Shown here: piece after piece, positions 57,453-58,452 of the stretch
How the letters are laid out: each line of letters starts with the position of its first letter
Position numbering within the stretch: the first letter of the stretch is position 1
Source of the DNA: a virus
Lineage: Duplodnaviria > Caudoviricetes
Direction: 5' to 3' (one strand)
DNA length: 58,452 nt
IMG/VR virus record: IMGVR_UViG_3300024430_000001
Location: 1 to 58,452 of that record
The notes under the pieces: generated by a model
Database searches by the model: none
The model's input: the letters and a program-made list of their open reading frames with translations, nothing else
Told to the model about the DNA's origin: nothing
Position numbers and translations under genes: made by a program

Positions 57453-57830
57453 ATGCCTCGTGCCCAAAAGACCTGCTCGACTCCTAGCTGTCCTGAGATC
57501 GTCGCGAGTGGACGGTGCGAGGACTGCAAGCGTGACGCCGAACGCCAGCGCGGTACCGCATCACAGCGCGGCTACGGCCACAAGCACCGCACTGGCTTCC
57601 GTGCCGCCGTGCTCCGCCGGGATCCGATCTGCCGCTGCACCGACGACCACCGCGACCACTGCGGCGGGCTCGCTGCGTCCACCGTCGCCGACCACCACCC
57701 GCACAGCAGGCGGGACCTCGTCGCGCTCGGCCTCGACCCCAACAACCCCAACCACGGCCGTGGACTCTGCACCACATGCCACGGCTGGTGGACCTCGCAG
57801 GAACGGCCAGGAGGGTGGCACGCCCGATGA
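57453..57830 (+). CDS. HNH endonuclease (packaging-associated)
   Basis: QRGYG, VLRRDPIC, STVADH, GRGLC..CH motifs; at the genome end before terS. Confidence 0.9.
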   Translation: MPRAQKTCSTPSCPEIVASGRCEDCKRDAERQRGTASQRGYGHKHRTGFRAAVLRRDPICRCTDDHRDHCGGLAASTVADHHPHSRRDLVALGLDPNNPNHGRGLCTTCHGWWTSQERPGGWHAR

Positions 57831-58419
57831 TCGGATATCTCCGCTACCGCCGCGAGTGCATCGGCGCGCTTGAGAAGCCCAGACTCCGCGACTACCTGAT
57901 CTACGTGACCTACACGCTGAAGGCCCGCGCGCTTCACGCCCTCGGCCTTCACACGTGGAGGACGTCCTATCCCGACGGGCACCGCCACGAACGCTGCACC
58001 TGGTGCGGTGCGACACGATGAGCGACATCCACGTCATGCCGGCCGCCGACCTGGTCGAGCACACCGACACCCCCGACTGCGTCTGCGGACCACGCGTGGA
58101 ACCAGTGATGCGTGACGACGGCAGCAACGGCTGGGTGTACACGCACCCCAGCTTGGATGGGCGAGAGCTGAGCGAGGCGTGATGGGCCAACAGGACACCG
58201 CGGCACCGCTCACGGTGGACAGTGCTCTGGCCAACGCGGCGCGGCTGCTGCACAACGCAGAGCTGATCACTGATCTGGCGTTGATGGAGCGGCTGGAGAA
58301 GCTGGCCGATTCGTGGATCAACGTGGCGGGACTGCTGGTTAACCGCGAGCAGCACGGCTGACGGGCTCGGGCGCCGGTCACGGAGAGTCACGCCCACCCC
58401 TGGGGGAGGGACCCCAATG

Positions 58420-58452
58420 TCGACTAAGTAGAGGACCGCCGGGGAGGGTGCT
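58420..58452. other. Probable cos / genome-end region
   Basis: Non-coding gap between HNH-side genes and terS; G-rich GGACCGCCGGGGAGGG; last 7 nt (GGGTGCT) equal the first 7 nt of the window. Confidence 0.5.

Overview
The window looks like the complete ~58.5 kb genome of a high-GC temperate siphovirus of an actinomycete. The host class is inferred from GC content, a WhiB gene, leaderless genes and gene families. It is in the excised/virion arrangement, because attP is intact. Gene order: terminase, portal, head and tail genes (0.1-18.1 kb); lysis (18.1-20.5 kb); an accessory island of small self-regulated cassettes (20.6-32.8 kb); tyrosine integrase, a tRNA-Thr attP and a repressor/Cro switch (32.9-35.1 kb); early and replication genes including WhiB, a Sak4-like ATPase, Dam, Rep, DnaB and an orphan HsdM (35-57 kb); then a CAT-anticodon tRNA, an HNH nuclease and a probable cos region. 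The most striking unannotated signal is at 21.6-23.6 kb. Two short CRISPR-like mini-arrays sit there, with hairpin repeats ending in TTCATTGAGG or CCTCATTGCG, the ends I recall for actinobacterial type I-G repeats. Each array directly follows a small ribbon-helix-helix regulator gene that has a palindromic operator, is paired with a small acidic protein, and is closed by a terminator. I see no cas genes in the genome. This suggests a phage RNA-plus-protein module that hijacks or inhibits a host type I-G CRISPR-Cas system. All functional calls come from motif recognition by eye; no database searches were run.
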